Source: Spirochaetia bacterium (GTDB lineage Bacteria > Spirochaetota > Spirochaetia > UBA9216). From it: 64,000 nucleotides of DNA. The notes below the pieces were generated by a model. It was not told the origin of the DNA, ran no database searches, and saw nothing but the letters and a program-made list of their open reading frames with translations. The first letter of the stretch is position 1. The number at the start of each line of letters is the position of its first letter. The stretch covers positions 2,752,001-2,816,000 of the forward strand of contig OY776510.1 in assembly GCA_963675665.1 (NCBI GenBank), in the 5' to 3' direction. Positions 28,976 through 39,492 of this stretch are shown one piece after another. The position numbers and the translations under genes were made by a program.

Positions 28976-29687
28976 GCTCCTGGGCTGATAACCGGGCAGT
29001 TTTTCGGTATTTCAGCAGATTGGCGGCAATATTTAAATGCCATATAACAGTAAAAGGCGCTGCGAATACTATTGCCAGGTATCTTAATTCACCGATAACC
29101 AGTCCGGCAGGAAAATACAGCAGGCCGGTAATGTTGGTAAGCAAACCGAAAGCAAAGGTGTACCCTGAGAAAATATTCAGCCGCCTCATTATGATTGTTA
29201 TAAACAGGCCGAATGAATAAAGCAGCAATACTGAAATCTCGCCTAGAATGAAACAGAAATCCGATCTCAGCAGAATTAAATTCAATTGGTCAATATTTTC
29301 GCGGCCAAAAAACAGGGCCAGGGTCTGGTTGGACGCAATATAAAAACAAAAGCAGCCGGCAATAAGAAGCGCTCCGGTTATGCCGGCCCGTTTATCATGT
29401 TTGTAACAGAAATATAAAACCGGAATGAACATAATCGTAATTAATGCTACGTTTATAATATCAAAGAAATCAAAATATATGAAACCTGCAAGCGGGTTGC
29501 TGAAAAGATCGGTTACAACTGTAGCCGAAACCGGTGCATTAAGCACTTCCTTTGAGATATATCCGAAATACCCGAGCATTGAAGCTTCAGCTGCCAGATT
29601 TCTGCGGAATACAAAAACGGCAATTATTCCGGCGATAGCGCCAGCCATTAAAACTGGTTTAAATTTCTTTCCATGTATATCCATCAA
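28965..29687 (-). CDS. Hypothetical multi-pass membrane protein (DUF4386-like)
   Basis: About 6 hydrophobic segments. Similar layout to the 32503-33228 protein. Confidence 0.7.
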   Translation of the reverse strand: MMDIHGKKFKPVLMAGAIAGIIAVFVFRRNLAAEASMLGYFGYISKEVLNAPVSATVVTDLFSNPLAGFIYFDFFDIINVALITIMFIPVLYFCYKHDKRAGITGALLIAGCFCFYIASNQTLALFFGRENIDQLNLILLRSDFCFILGEISVLLLYSFGLFITIIMRRLNIFSGYTFAFGLLTNITGLLYFPAGLVIGELRYLAIVFAAPFTVIWHLNIAANLLKYRKTARLSAQELSL

Positions 29688-29717
29688 TATCCCTCAAGGC
29701 TGACAGGTTGAAATTAA

Positions 29718-29917
29718 CTATTCGGTAATTATAAGTTTTGCATAACCCTCGGAAAGGATTATAGCTCCCGGGTCTGTTTCTGCACCGCTGAATGTCGCTC
29801 TAAAATTGTCACCTGCATCTCCGAATTCGGTTATTGTAAACATCAGTTCAAATTCTATAATGGTTTCTTCGGAATAATCAGAGAATGTAAACTCGCCACT
29901 TTGTTTCTCCCCACCTT
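29718..29917 (-). pseudogene. Possible start-less gene remnant (~66 codons)
   Basis: Open frame KGGEKQSGEFTFSDYSEETIIEFELMFTITEFGDAGDNFRATFSGAETDPGAIILSEGYAKLIITE* directly preceded by a stop codon. Confidence 0.3.
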
Positions 29918-29992
29918 TTTATTAATTTATCATATCATTAATTATGTAATGGGGCTTTCCAAAAACTGCAGTTTTTAGATATTCCCTATAAT

Positions 29993-30021
29993 AAAAAAGC
30001 CGCATCCGAAACCGGAAGCGG
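29993..30021 (-). terminator. Intrinsic terminator of hcp
   Basis: GCCGCTTCCG...CGGATGCGGC stem followed by T6 on the minus strand. Confidence 0.65.
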
Positions 30022-30071
30022 CCCGTATCGGCACTTGCCTTAACGTATGTAAAATCCTGTCTGCGGCAGAG

Positions 30072-31715
30072 TTATGCACCCATAAACATCTTAATATCAT
30101 CTTCAACGTTGCCGATTCCGGCAATACCGAAGTTTTCGACAAGGATCTTTGCCACGCCCGGGCTGAGGAAAGCAGGGAGCGTGGGTCCAAGGTGAATGTC
30201 TTTTACACCGAGGTACAAAAGCGCAAGCAGTACTATTACAGCCTTCTGTTCATACCATGCAATATTATATGAAATCGGCAACTCGTTAATATCGTTAAGC
30301 CCGAACACTTCTTTCAGTTTAAGCGCGATGACGGCAAGCGAATATGAATCGTTGCACTGTCCGGCATCAAGAACTCTTGGAATGCCTCCTATATCGTCGA
30401 GCTGAAGCTTGTTGTAGCGGTATTTGGCACATCCTGCAGTCAGTATAATGGTATCGGCAGGAAGTTGTTCTGCAAAATCGGTGTAATAATCCCGGCTTTT
30501 TATCCTGCCGTCGCAGCCTGCCATTACAAAAAATCGTTTGATTGCTCCGGATTTTACTGCGTCAACAACCTTGTCGGCAAGCGCAAGTACCTGGGCGTGC
30601 GCAAACCCGCCTATAATTTCTCCCGATTCAATTTCTAACGGGGGTTCACAGGTTTTGGCCATCTCTATAATTGCGCTGAAGTCCTTTTTGCCCGGTTCGC
30701 CCTGGATATGTTTAACTCCCTCAAACCCTGAAGCTCCGGTTGTAAAAACCCGGTCTTTATAGCTTTCTTTAGGCGGGGTGATGCAGTTTGTTGTAAAAAG
30801 GACAGGCCCGTTAAATGATTCAAACTCTGTATTCTGTTTCCACCAGGCATTGCCGTAATTCCCGATAAAGTGTGTGTAGTTTTTAAAGGCGGGATAATAG
30901 TTGGCAGGCAACATTTCCGAATGGGTATACACATCCACACCTGTTCCCTCAGTCTGCTCGAGCAGTTGTTCCATATCCTTCAGGTCATGACCGCTGATAA
31001 GTATACCGGGATTTTTACCGGTGCCTATATTGACATTTGTTATTTCGGGGTTGCCGTATGTTGCGGTATTTGCCTTGTCCAGCAATGCCATTACATCAAC
31101 CCCGTATTTTCCGCATTCAAGAACAAGAGCCGTCAAATTGTCGGCGTCAAGACTGTCGTCAACCGTGGATGCCAGTCCCCGGTATATAAATCTGAAAATA
31201 TCAGGGTTTTCATAACCGAGGTTTGCGGCATGTTCAGCATAGGCAGCAATTCCCTTAAGGCCGTAAGTCAACAGCTCTCTCAGGGATCTAACATCCTCAT
31301 TTTCTGTTGCAAGAACGCCTACTGTTGCTGCTTTTATATCATATTCAGCTTCAGAACCGGCAGTCCATACTGCGCAATCAGGCAGCCGTTTGCTGAAGTC
31401 GGCTCCGGCATCGACAACACTTTTTTTTAATTTGTCACGAAGCTTGAGCCCTTCGGTGATGTCCTTTACAAAAACGCTTTTATCAAAGTTCGCGTTTGTT
31501 ATAGTTCTGAATAGCCCGTTATATACAAACCTGTCCATATCATCGGTTTTAACCCCGGTTTTTTCGGCTTCAACGGCATAATATGAAATACCCTTAAGCA
31601 CGAAAATTAAAAGATCCTGCATTCCTGCAACATCATCTTTTTTACCGCAGATACCGACTTTGGTACAACCGGTACCTTTTGCAGCTTCCTGACATTGAAA
31701 ACAAAACATCGACAT
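30072..31715 (-). CDS. hcp: Hybrid cluster protein (hydroxylamine/NO reductase)
   Basis: [10 protein letters not shown]...[43 protein letters not shown]. Confidence 0.97.
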   Translation of the reverse strand: MSMFCFQCQEAAKGTGCTKVGICGKKDDVAGMQDLLIFVLKGISYYAVEAEKTGVKTDDMDRFVYNGLFRTITNANFDKSVFVKDITEGLKLRDKLKKSVVDAGADFSKRLPDCAVWTAGSEAEYDIKAATVGVLATENEDVRSLRELLTYGLKGIAAYAEHAANLGYENPDIFRFIYRGLASTVDDSLDADNLTALVLECGKYGVDVMALLDKANTATYGNPEITNVNIGTGKNPGILISGHDLKDMEQLLEQTEGTGVDVYTHSEMLPANYYPAFKNYTHFIGNYGNAWWKQNTEFESFNGPVLFTTNCITPPKESYKDRVFTTGASGFEGVKHIQGEPGKKDFSAIIEMAKTCEPPLEIESGEIIGGFAHAQVLALADKVVDAVKSGAIKRFFVMAGCDGRIKSRDYYTDFAEQLPADTIILTAGCAKYRYNKLQLDDIGGIPRVLDAGQCNDSYSLAVIALKLKEVFGLNDINELPISYNIAWYEQKAVIVLLALLYLGVKDIHLGPTLPAFLSPGVAKILVENFGIAGIGNVEDDIKMFMGA

Positions 31716-31797
31716 GAATTATTCTCCCTGAATAAAATTTTTGTTTCATCCCTGAACAAGGATATATCCAGGGTAATCATTATTTGCAGAAAAATCG

Positions 31798-31811
31798 GTA
31801 ACATATGTTAC
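31798..31811. promoter_or_regulatory. HcpR-type (Crp/Fnr) binding site upstream of hcp
   Basis: Perfect palindrome GTAACATATGTTAC ~85 bp upstream of hcp. Resembles the GTAAC-N4-GTTAC type motif of HcpR regulons. Confidence 0.65.
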
Positions 31812-31864
31812 AGAAGGTGAAAATTATTTTTTTAAAAAAAGGCGCCTTATATTATTCAAAGGAC

Positions 31865-31895
31865 TTGACACTAAAAGTATAACGCTGTTATACAT
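31865..31895 (+). promoter_or_regulatory. Promoter with overlapping TetR operator
   Basis: TTGACA at 31865-31870. Palindrome GTATAAC-GCT-GTTATAC at 31877-31893 overlaps the -10 region. ATG follows at 31901 with no SD. Confidence 0.65.
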
Positions 31896-31900
31896 GACTA

Positions 31901-32503
31901 ATGAAACGTGAGGTTAAAGCGCAGCAGATAAAGAACTCATTTATTGCAGAGGCGTTCGATATGATCCGGCGGAACGGTCCGGAAAGCGTATCCGCCCGTA
32001 AGCTGGCGGAAGAGGCAGGGTATTCTCTCAGGACTCTTTACAAGCATTTCCGCAATATGGATGAGCTCTTCTGGCTTGTCAGAAATGCTGTTATTGAGGA
32101 TTTTGTTGTGTATTTATCAGGTTTCAGCGAAAAAGAGGAAAACGGGAGTATAACTGATCCGGTGGAGAATTTAAAAAAGCAGTTTCACCGTTATATGGAT
32201 TATTTCCTGAAAGAACAGAATTTTTACAGGTTTTTATACTTTTACAGGCTTGATTCGGAATATAAAACGGATCCTGCATATCATGAAACTCCGGATTTTC
32301 CTGAAAAGATGGATACAGCGTTCAGGGATCTGATCTCATCCGGTAATCTCAAGGAAAAAGATATCCCTGCTGTTTCCGCAACCCTGATTCTTACGATTCA
32401 GGGGCTTCTGACGTTGTTGTTGTCCGGTACTGAAGAACTGACTGATAATGAGGCCCGGATGCAATTAAATATGATTATACATTTTTTATTGGAGAAAAAA
32501 TAA
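31901..32503 (+). CDS. TetR/AcrR family transcriptional regulator
   Basis: SARKLAEEAGYSLRTLYKHFRNMDEL HTH. Confidence 0.93.
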   Translation: MKREVKAQQIKNSFIAEAFDMIRRNGPESVSARKLAEEAGYSLRTLYKHFRNMDELFWLVRNAVIEDFVVYLSGFSEKEENGSITDPVENLKKQFHRYMDYFLKEQNFYRFLYFYRLDSEYKTDPAYHETPDFPEKMDTAFRDLISSGNLKEKDIPAVSATLILTIQGLLTLLLSGTEELTDNEARMQLNMIIHFLLEKK

Positions 32504-33228
32504 TGGAAAAAATGAACAAAGTAATGGAAAAACAGGCAAAAAAAATATTTTATGCGGGAGCGGTAACCGCATGTCTTTTTCTGGCGTATTCGGCGGCATC
32601 TATATTGATAATGATATTTCTCGAAGGCGGTTACCCGGAAACAGCCAAGGAATGTTTCCTGATGATTGAAGAAAACAGGCTGCTTGCACTTCTGCGGCTG
32701 GATATTATCTCGGTTGCAGTTCTCCCGTTTTATGCGGTCTTGTTCTTCAGTATATATTATGCTGTTAAAAAAGATAGTCAATTAGCTTCGGGGGTTGCCC
32801 TTTTCCTGGTGTTGGGCGGGATTATAGTCTTCATGTCGACTGTAAATCTTGCATCGATTTTAAATATAGCGGAAAAATATTTAAATACAGAATCAGAGGA
32901 AATGCGAAACCTTTACCTGGCAGCCTGCGAAGGCATGCTTGCCGATGATATGTGGATTAACACGGGATATGTGTATAGAGGTCTTATGATTGAACTCGGA
33001 GCTATAATATTTTCGGTAATGATGATTCGCAGCTCATTATTTACGAAACCTGTCGGCTGGATTGGACTTGTTACACACTGTTTTGATTTCGGAAGCGTAG
33101 TTATGGGGTTATGGTTTCCTGCTGTTAAAAACATTTTTATTATAATTGCAGGTCCATTATATATCGTATGGTTTATACTGCTTGTTTTACAGCTGTCGAG
33201 ACTGCCTGAAAGAATGCAGACAGAATAA
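32503..33228 (+). CDS. Multi-pass membrane protein (DUF4386-like)
   Basis: About 6 TM segments. Translationally coupled to the TetR gene (TAATG). Confidence 0.72.
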   Translation: MEKMNKVMEKQAKKIFYAGAVTACLFLAYSAASILIMIFLEGGYPETAKECFLMIEENRLLALLRLDIISVAVLPFYAVLFFSIYYAVKKDSQLASGVALFLVLGGIIVFMSTVNLASILNIAEKYLNTESEEMRNLYLAACEGMLADDMWINTGYVYRGLMIELGAIIFSVMMIRSSLFTKPVGWIGLVTHCFDFGSVVMGLWFPAVKNIFIIIAGPLYIVWFILLVLQLSRLPERMQTE

Positions 33229-33375
33229 CAGGTTGCAGGTATCTTTTAAAATCTGATTTCAGTGAAAATCCGTGGAAGTTGAAATTAATCCGCAAATATG
33301 CGATTATCAGCCGAAGTTGAACATTTAAAATCGGAGCTTATATAATAAGGCTTCATTTGCCCAAGGAGACAATTA

Positions 33376-35151
33376 ATGCGGTTTTCCCAGATTTTCGGAC
33401 ACACCCTGAAGGAAGCGCCGTCAGATGCACAGGCGGTTTCTCATCAGTATCTTATACGCGGCGGCTATATTCACCAGGTTGCGGCAGGCCTTTTTTCGTA
33501 TCTTCCACTTGCCCGCAGGGTCCTGAACAAAATAGAAGGCATACTGCATGAAGAGATGGCCATGATTGGAGGACAGGAGGTTACAATGCCTGTTGTTCTT
33601 CCGGCTGATATGTGGCAGGAATCGGGGCGCTGGTATCAGATCGGTTCCGAGATGACCAGGCTGAAAGACAGAAAAGACCACGATATGGTTCTTGCAATGA
33701 CTCATGAAGAGGCATTGTGTGATCTTGCCCGCAAGTATATCCGTTCTCATAAGGAATTGCCGCAGCTTGTATATCACATACAGACAAAGTGGCGCGATGA
33801 TCCCAGGCCGAGGGCGGGGCTTATACGTGTGCGCGAGTTTAAAATGAAAGACTCATACAGTCTTGATACAAGCTGGGAAGGTCTGGATAAGCAGTACAGG
33901 GCCCATTACCAGAGTTATTTCAATATTTTCAATCGCTGCGGTTTGGATGTTCTGGCTGTAAAGTCCGATACCGGGATGATGGGCGGCAAAGTGGCCCATG
34001 AGTTTATGTATCTCACCCCGATTGGTGAAGATACAATCATATACTGCGACAGCTGCGGGTATAATTCCAACCGCCAGGTAGCCGAGTTCATGAAACCGGA
34101 AGCGGTTAAGGAAGAACCTGCCGAGATTGAAAAGGTTAAAACTCCGGATTGTAAAACAATTGAGGATCTTGCAAAATTTTTGAGTATTCCTGAAAGCAAA
34201 ACCGCCAAGGCGGTTTTTATGGTTGCAACCATACAGGAAGATAATAACACCGAGATTGAAAAATTTATTCTGGCCATACTCCGCGGGGATATGGATCTTA
34301 ACGAAACCAAGCTGTCCAATGCCGTAAAGGCAAAAGAGCTCAGACCTGCACATGAAGACGAAATCAAGGCTGTAGGCGCAGTTCCGGGTTACGGATCGCC
34401 GGTCGGCGTAAAAAATGCGTTTGTTGTTGTCGATGAACTGGCGGCTGAATCGACAAATCTTGTCGGCGGAGCCAATGAAGAGGGTTATCACCTTCTCAAT
34501 GTAAACTGCGGACGGGATTTTAAACCGAATCTTGTTACTGATATAGCTGCAGCCGAAGCAGGGTATAAATGCATCAACTGCGGTTCCGAACTGAAGTCGG
34601 AGAAAGCTGTAGAGGTTGGAAATATCTTCAAGCTCGGCACCCGGTATTCCGAGGCCATGAACGTTACTTACCAGGATGAAAACGGCAAACTGCTGCCCGT
34701 GATTATGGGTTCTTACGGAATAGGAGTCGGCCGGCTGCTGAGCTGTGTTGTCGAGCAGCATCACGACGACTACGGTATTATCTGGCCTGTCAGTATTGCC
34801 CCTTTCCATGTGCATATTGTACTGCTGCATGATAAAAAAGGTACGGAGGCCCAGGAGACAGCCGAAGCTCTTTATTCTGATCTGCAGGCTGCCGGAATTG
34901 AAGTTCTTATCGATGATCGAAAGGAAAGCCCCGGTGTGAAATTCAACGATGCTGATCTTGTCGGAATTCCGGTGCGACTTACCGTCGGACGCCGTTCGCT
35001 TGATAATGGCGGGGTAGAATTCAAAATTCGCGGAGAGAAAGACAGTGAAATTATTCCGGTAGACCAGGTTGTTGATAAACTCCAGGGTGTGCTGGACATG
35101 CTGAAAAATGATATACGCGACAGGATTAAAACCGTAGAATATAAAGATTAA
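33376..35151 (+). CDS. proS: Proline--tRNA ligase (with editing domain)
   Basis: WQESGRW, THEE, RDDPRPRAGLIRVREF, EVGNIFKLG, MGSYGIG, PGVKFNDADL. Confidence 0.97.
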   Translation: MRFSQIFGHTLKEAPSDAQAVSHQYLIRGGYIHQVAAGLFSYLPLARRVLNKIEGILHEEMAMIGGQEVTMPVVLPADMWQESGRWYQIGSEMTRLKDRKDHDMVLAMTHEEALCDLARKYIRSHKELPQLVYHIQTKWRDDPRPRAGLIRVREFKMKDSYSLDTSWEGLDKQYRAHYQSYFNIFNRCGLDVLAVKSDTGMMGGKVAHEFMYLTPIGEDTIIYCDSCGYNSNRQVAEFMKPEAVKEEPAEIEKVKTPDCKTIEDLAKFLSIPESKTAKAVFMVATIQEDNNTEIEKFILAILRGDMDLNETKLSNAVKAKELRPAHEDEIKAVGAVPGYGSPVGVKNAFVVVDELAAESTNLVGGANEEGYHLLNVNCGRDFKPNLVTDIAAAEAGYKCINCGSELKSEKAVEVGNIFKLGTRYSEAMNVTYQDENGKLLPVIMGSYGIGVGRLLSCVVEQHHDDYGIIWPVSIAPFHVHIVLLHDKKGTEAQETAEALYSDLQAAGIEVLIDDRKESPGVKFNDADLVGIPVRLTVGRRSLDNGGVEFKIRGEKDSEIIPVDQVVDKLQGVLDMLKNDIRDRIKTVEYKD

Positions 35152-35166
35152 TCAAGGTCGGTTGTA

Positions 35167-36279
35167 TCAGCCGGTCTCGATATCGTCGAATGATATGCCT
35201 TCGCCGGATTCAACCCGGCGGACAAGACGGCGCCCTAACAGGGCATCATAGAACTCAGGTCTGATTCCGGGCCTGAGTTTTTTTTCTGTTCTAAGCAGGG
35301 CTGTATTTTCAGCAGTAAGCGCAGTTCCTGCCGGCAGTTCAAACAGCGCGTGGATTGAACGGTTTGTCCGCCCGTAGCTGTCTCTTTCAGACGGGGTCAG
35401 TTTCTTTATCCCGTCGCCCAGAATTTTTGCTACCCGCTCAGGGCCGAATTCAATTCTCAGTCCGGCAAGAGGATCCGGAGATTTTTCAGTTTCTCGAATT
35501 TTTCTGACCATTTTTTTAAAATCGTCAGGTTCAAGGGCAATCGGATCATCCAGACCGCTGTCGCGATTGTCAAGCGTTATATGTTTTTCTATACATACGG
35601 CCCCGAGGGCAGTCGCAATTGCGGGGACACAAAGCGGATCACGGCTGTGATCGGATACGCCTGTTTTTATGCCGAAAGTTTCACAGAGTACAGGAAGTAA
35701 TTTAAGGTTATATTCTTCTTCAGGAGCAGGGTAGGCCGTAATACAGTGCAGCAGAATGAGGTTTTCATCGGAAGCTTCAGGAACCCTCAGTATTACATTA
35801 AGGGCGGCTTCAATATCATTAAGGCAGGAAACCCCGGAAGATAATATAATGCTCTTTCCCGTTGCCGCGGCTGCTTTCAGAAGAGGAAAATGGTTCAGCT
35901 CCGGAGAAGCTATTTTTATTGAATTGCAACCGGTCTTTAAAAGCCATTCGAGGCTCTTCAGTCCGAACGGGGAGGCAAGAAACTCAAGGCCGGCCTGTTC
36001 GGCAAGCTCTTTCAGTCTGAGATAAAAATCAAAATCCTGTTCAAGTTCCCTGAATCTGTCGTAAAGTCTTATCCGGCCTCCGGGCAAATCCACTTCACCG
36101 GTGGCCGGATGAATAATCTCATCAGCAAATACAATCTGGGTTTTTATGCAGTCGGCCCCGGCAGAAGCCGCTGCATTTACCAGTTCAGCAGCCCTGTTCA
36201 GGCTGCCTTCGTGGGAAGTCCCGATTTCGGCTATAATATAAGTCCGATCAGCCGCCATTGGATTCTGCCCGTTCATCAA
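35167..36279 (-). CDS. N-acetylneuraminate synthase family protein (NeuB/SpsE)
   Basis: YIIAEIG, IKIASPE, LLHCITAYP, GVSDHS, IEKHITL, C-terminal SAF domain. Confidence 0.9.
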   Translation of the reverse strand: MMNGQNPMAADRTYIIAEIGTSHEGSLNRAAELVNAAASAGADCIKTQIVFADEIIHPATGEVDLPGGRIRLYDRFRELEQDFDFYLRLKELAEQAGLEFLASPFGLKSLEWLLKTGCNSIKIASPELNHFPLLKAAAATGKSIILSSGVSCLNDIEAALNVILRVPEASDENLILLHCITAYPAPEEEYNLKLLPVLCETFGIKTGVSDHSRDPLCVPAIATALGAVCIEKHITLDNRDSGLDDPIALEPDDFKKMVRKIRETEKSPDPLAGLRIEFGPERVAKILGDGIKKLTPSERDSYGRTNRSIHALFELPAGTALTAENTALLRTEKKLRPGIRPEFYDALLGRRLVRRVESGEGISFDDIETG

Positions 36280-37684
36280 GCATGGAGAATTTTAATTCCG
36301 CGAGATTTTCGGAAAGCGCCACCTTGTAGATATGCGGGTTGATAAGTCTTTTAAATGTACGATCAAGGCCGGAAATATCTGAAATAACATTATTCCGTAT
36401 ATGTTCGATGTCCGGAAGATCACAGCAGATACGTCCGTTTTCAAGGCATTTAACAAGAAGCGGTTTTACCGTTGCGTGCTCTCTGCTGACGAATGATCTG
36501 TACCTGTACATCGGGTGTACGAAACGGTAGGATTTTCCCGTAGTAATTTCATCTTCAAAAAAAGTCATAAGATCCGCAAGCGGCGACTGCTGGCAGTCGT
36601 AAAAACGGTAAACCTGTTTGAATCCGGGATTTGTGGTTTTTTCAGGATTATTGGAGAGTTTGATTGTAGGAACCATTGAATCTCCCTGCTGGCGCGCTAC
36701 CATTTTATATACGCCGGTAAGGGAAGAATCTTCTCCGCCTGTAACAAGCTGCGTCCCTACGCCCCATGAGTCAATCGGGGCTTCATCCCTGACAAGTTGT
36801 CTGATTATATGTTCATTAAGATCGTTCGACACGGCAATCAGGGCATCCGGCAGTCCGGCGGCATTAAGCTTTGCTCTTACTTTTTCGCTGAGGTACTGCA
36901 GGTCTCCGCTGTCCAGCCTGACTCCGAAATTAAGGCCTTTCTTCTGAAGTTCTTTTCCTACAATAATTGCATTGTCGATGCCGCTGCCCAGGGTGTCGTA
37001 TGTATCTATCAGCAGTATTACCTTTTCCGGGTAAAGCTCGGCATATTTTCTGAACGCTTCCAGTTCGGATTCAAACGACATTATCCATGAGTGCGCCATG
37101 GTCCCGGTTACGGGTATCCCGAATTTCTGTCCGGCCAGCGTATTCGAGGTGGCTGAAGCCCCGCCTATATAGGCAGCGCGTGAAGCCGATAGTGCTCCGT
37201 CGATTCCCTGGGCCCGTCTCAGTCCGAATTCCATAATATTTGCGCCGCCGCTTGCCGCAAAAATGCGGGCAGCCTTGGTCGCTACAAGTGTCTGAAAATT
37301 CACTGTATTCAGAAGCATACTTTCAATAAGCTGTGCTTCCATCAGATTTGCTTTGACAGTGATGAGCGGCTCGTAAGGGAAAACAATCGTTCCTTCAGGC
37401 ATTGCATAGATATCACCGCTGAATTTGAAATCTTTGAGATAATCAAGAAAGCTGTTTTTAAATATTCCCGTGCTGCGAAGGTATTCAATTGCTTCATCGG
37501 AAAATGCAAGATTTTCCAGCCGTTTAAGAAGATCTTCAAGCCCGGCAAAAACAGTGTACCCTCCGTTAAACGGATTGCGCCGGAAAAACATTTCAAAAAC
37601 AACATCGGGGTTATTCTGTTTATAAAAATACCCCTGCATCATGGTCAGTTCATAAAGGTCGGTCAACAGGGCGGAATTGTACAT
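36248..37684 (-). CDS. pncB: Nicotinate phosphoribosyltransferase
   Basis: LLTDLYELTM, EFGLRRA, GTMAHS, LIDTYD, VRLDSGD, GVYK. Confidence 0.96.
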   Translation of the reverse strand: MYNSALLTDLYELTMMQGYFYKQNNPDVVFEMFFRRNPFNGGYTVFAGLEDLLKRLENLAFSDEAIEYLRSTGIFKNSFLDYLKDFKFSGDIYAMPEGTIVFPYEPLITVKANLMEAQLIESMLLNTVNFQTLVATKAARIFAASGGANIMEFGLRRAQGIDGALSASRAAYIGGASATSNTLAGQKFGIPVTGTMAHSWIMSFESELEAFRKYAELYPEKVILLIDTYDTLGSGIDNAIIVGKELQKKGLNFGVRLDSGDLQYLSEKVRAKLNAAGLPDALIAVSNDLNEHIIRQLVRDEAPIDSWGVGTQLVTGGEDSSLTGVYKMVARQQGDSMVPTIKLSNNPEKTTNPGFKQVYRFYDCQQSPLADLMTFFEDEITTGKSYRFVHPMYRYRSFVSREHATVKPLLVKCLENGRICCDLPDIEHIRNNVISDISGLDRTFKRLINPHIYKVALSENLAELKFSMLDERAESNGG

Positions 37685-37685
37685 A

Positions 37686-38963
37686 TTATTTTCGCTTTAT
37701 GGTATCGAACCCGGTATAGGGTACGAGTTTTTTCGGAATTCTGATTGAACCGTCTTCAGTCTGGAAATTTTCCATAACTGCAATTATGGCCCTTGAAACA
37801 GCAATGGCGGTGCCGTTAAGCATGTGAACATTTTTATTCTTCCCGTCATCATCCTTGAAGCGCACGCCGAGGCGTCTTGCCTGATAATCGGTACAATTTG
37901 ATGTTGAAGTAACCTCTCCCCATTCTCCGTTTTCTCCCCGGCCGGGCATCCATGCTTCAAGATCATATTTACGGTATGCAGGGGCTCCCAAATCTCCGGT
38001 GCAGGTGTCTACTACGCGGTACGGTATCTCAAGGCCGGTAAAAAGTTCTTCTTCAATGGCAAGAAGCTCCTGGTGAATCTTTCCGGAGTCTTCCGGTCTG
38101 CAGTAAACAAACATTTCAACCTTTGAAAACTGGTGAACACGATAGAGTCCTCTTGAATATTGCCCGGCGGCGCCTGCTTCACGTCTGAAGCAATGTGAAA
38201 GACCGGCCATCTTTACCGGCAGCTTTTCAGCATCGATTATCTGCCCGGCATGGTAGCCTCCGAGAGTTATTTCCGCCGTTCCGACAAGACAGGTCCCTGT
38301 ATCTTCGATGTTGTAAATATTGGATTCGTCTCCGCGCGGGTTAAACCCTATTCCTTCAAGAATCTCCTCTTTTGCAATATCCGGGGTAATGGTGGGCATA
38401 AATCCCTTGCTTATAAGCAAGTCAATAGCATAACGGCTGAGCGCCAGTTCAAGTATGACTGCTTCGTTTTTAAGATAATAAAACTTGGTGCCTGAAACCC
38501 TTGCCGCCGTATCAAAATCAATTAAATCAAGTTCCTCGCCCAGTTCTACATGATTTTTAGGAGTAAAACCGAATTCCGGAATTTTGCCGGAACGACTGAT
38601 TTCAAGATTATCTTTGTCCTCTTTTCCTACAGGCGCATCCGGATGCGCCATATTGGGGACCCGCGAAGCTTCGGCATTGAGGTGCGTCTCTACAGAAGAA
38701 TATTCTTCTTCCAGGGCTGCTATATCCTCTTTAAGCTTTTTACCTTCATCGATAAGTTTTGTACGCTCATCCTGATCCATCGGCCCTTTCATTTTTTTTG
38801 CGTTTTCATTACGACGCTGCCTGAGGGCATCTATATCACTTATAAGAACATTACGTTTGTCATAAAGTGCAATTACACGATCTACATCAACCGACATGAA
38901 ACGATCTTTAACATTTTGCCTGACCGCATCGGCATTTTCCTTGATAAATCTTAAGTCCAACAT
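37686..38963 (-). CDS. serS: Serine--tRNA ligase
   Basis: Start at [45 protein letters not shown]. Confidence 0.97.
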   Translation of the reverse strand: MLDLRFIKENADAVRQNVKDRFMSVDVDRVIALYDKRNVLISDIDALRQRRNENAKKMKGPMDQDERTKLIDEGKKLKEDIAALEEEYSSVETHLNAEASRVPNMAHPDAPVGKEDKDNLEISRSGKIPEFGFTPKNHVELGEELDLIDFDTAARVSGTKFYYLKNEAVILELALSRYAIDLLISKGFMPTITPDIAKEEILEGIGFNPRGDESNIYNIEDTGTCLVGTAEITLGGYHAGQIIDAEKLPVKMAGLSHCFRREAGAAGQYSRGLYRVHQFSKVEMFVYCRPEDSGKIHQELLAIEEELFTGLEIPYRVVDTCTGDLGAPAYRKYDLEAWMPGRGENGEWGEVTSTSNCTDYQARRLGVRFKDDDGKNKNVHMLNGTAIAVSRAIIAVMENFQTEDGSIRIPKKLVPYTGFDTIKRK

Positions 38964-39036
38964 GGTTAGAGGATACAAGAGTAAGCATTTCCAGTCAATA
39001 TGGTCAAAAAATGACAACTATGATAAGCTTAATCTG

Positions 39037-39492
39037 ATGATTAAGCTTAAAGCAGAAGATGTTATAAAAAAACTGAAACTGGCTCCTCTTCCTGTTGAAG
39101 GCGGATGGTTCAGACGAACATGGGCGGACAACTCAGGCACTGTCATTTACTACCTGATAACGCCGGAAACCTGGTCGGCATTTCACAGGCTGACTATTTC
39201 CGAAACCTGGCATTTCTATGCAGGAGATTCGGTCAGACAGCTGCAGCTGTTCCCCGACGGCAACAGTAAAATTATGGAACTGGGCTGCAGACTGGAAGAG
39301 GGTGTAATGCCCCAGCTTGTTTGTCCTGCAGGCGTCTGGCAGGCTACCAGGCTGTCCGAAGGCGGCGAATGGGCACTTATGGGAACGACAATGTCCCCTC
39401 CGTACACCGATGATTGCGTGGAATTTACAATGCTTGATGATTTGAAAAGAAAGTATCCCGATAAAACGGCATTAATAGAGGAGTTTGAATGA
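39037..39492 (+). CDS. Cupin domain protein (DUF985-like)
   Basis: LAPLPVEGGWFRRT, IYYL, SAFHRL..ETWHFYAG, PAGVWQA. Start trimmed to avoid overlap with serS. Confidence 0.85.
   Translation: MIKLKAEDVIKKLKLAPLPVEGGWFRRTWADNSGTVIYYLITPETWSAFHRLTISETWHFYAGDSVRQLQLFPDGNSKIMELGCRLEEGVMPQLVCPAGVWQATRLSEGGEWALMGTTMSPPYTDDCVEFTMLDDLKRKYPDKTALIEEFE

Noticed and set aside
33853-34830. Long antisense ORFs (e.g. 325 aa opposite proS, 270 aa opposite ftsH, 210 aa opposite the dehydrogenase)
   Set aside because: They lie entirely opposite conserved genes and have no motifs. These are codon-bias shadows.
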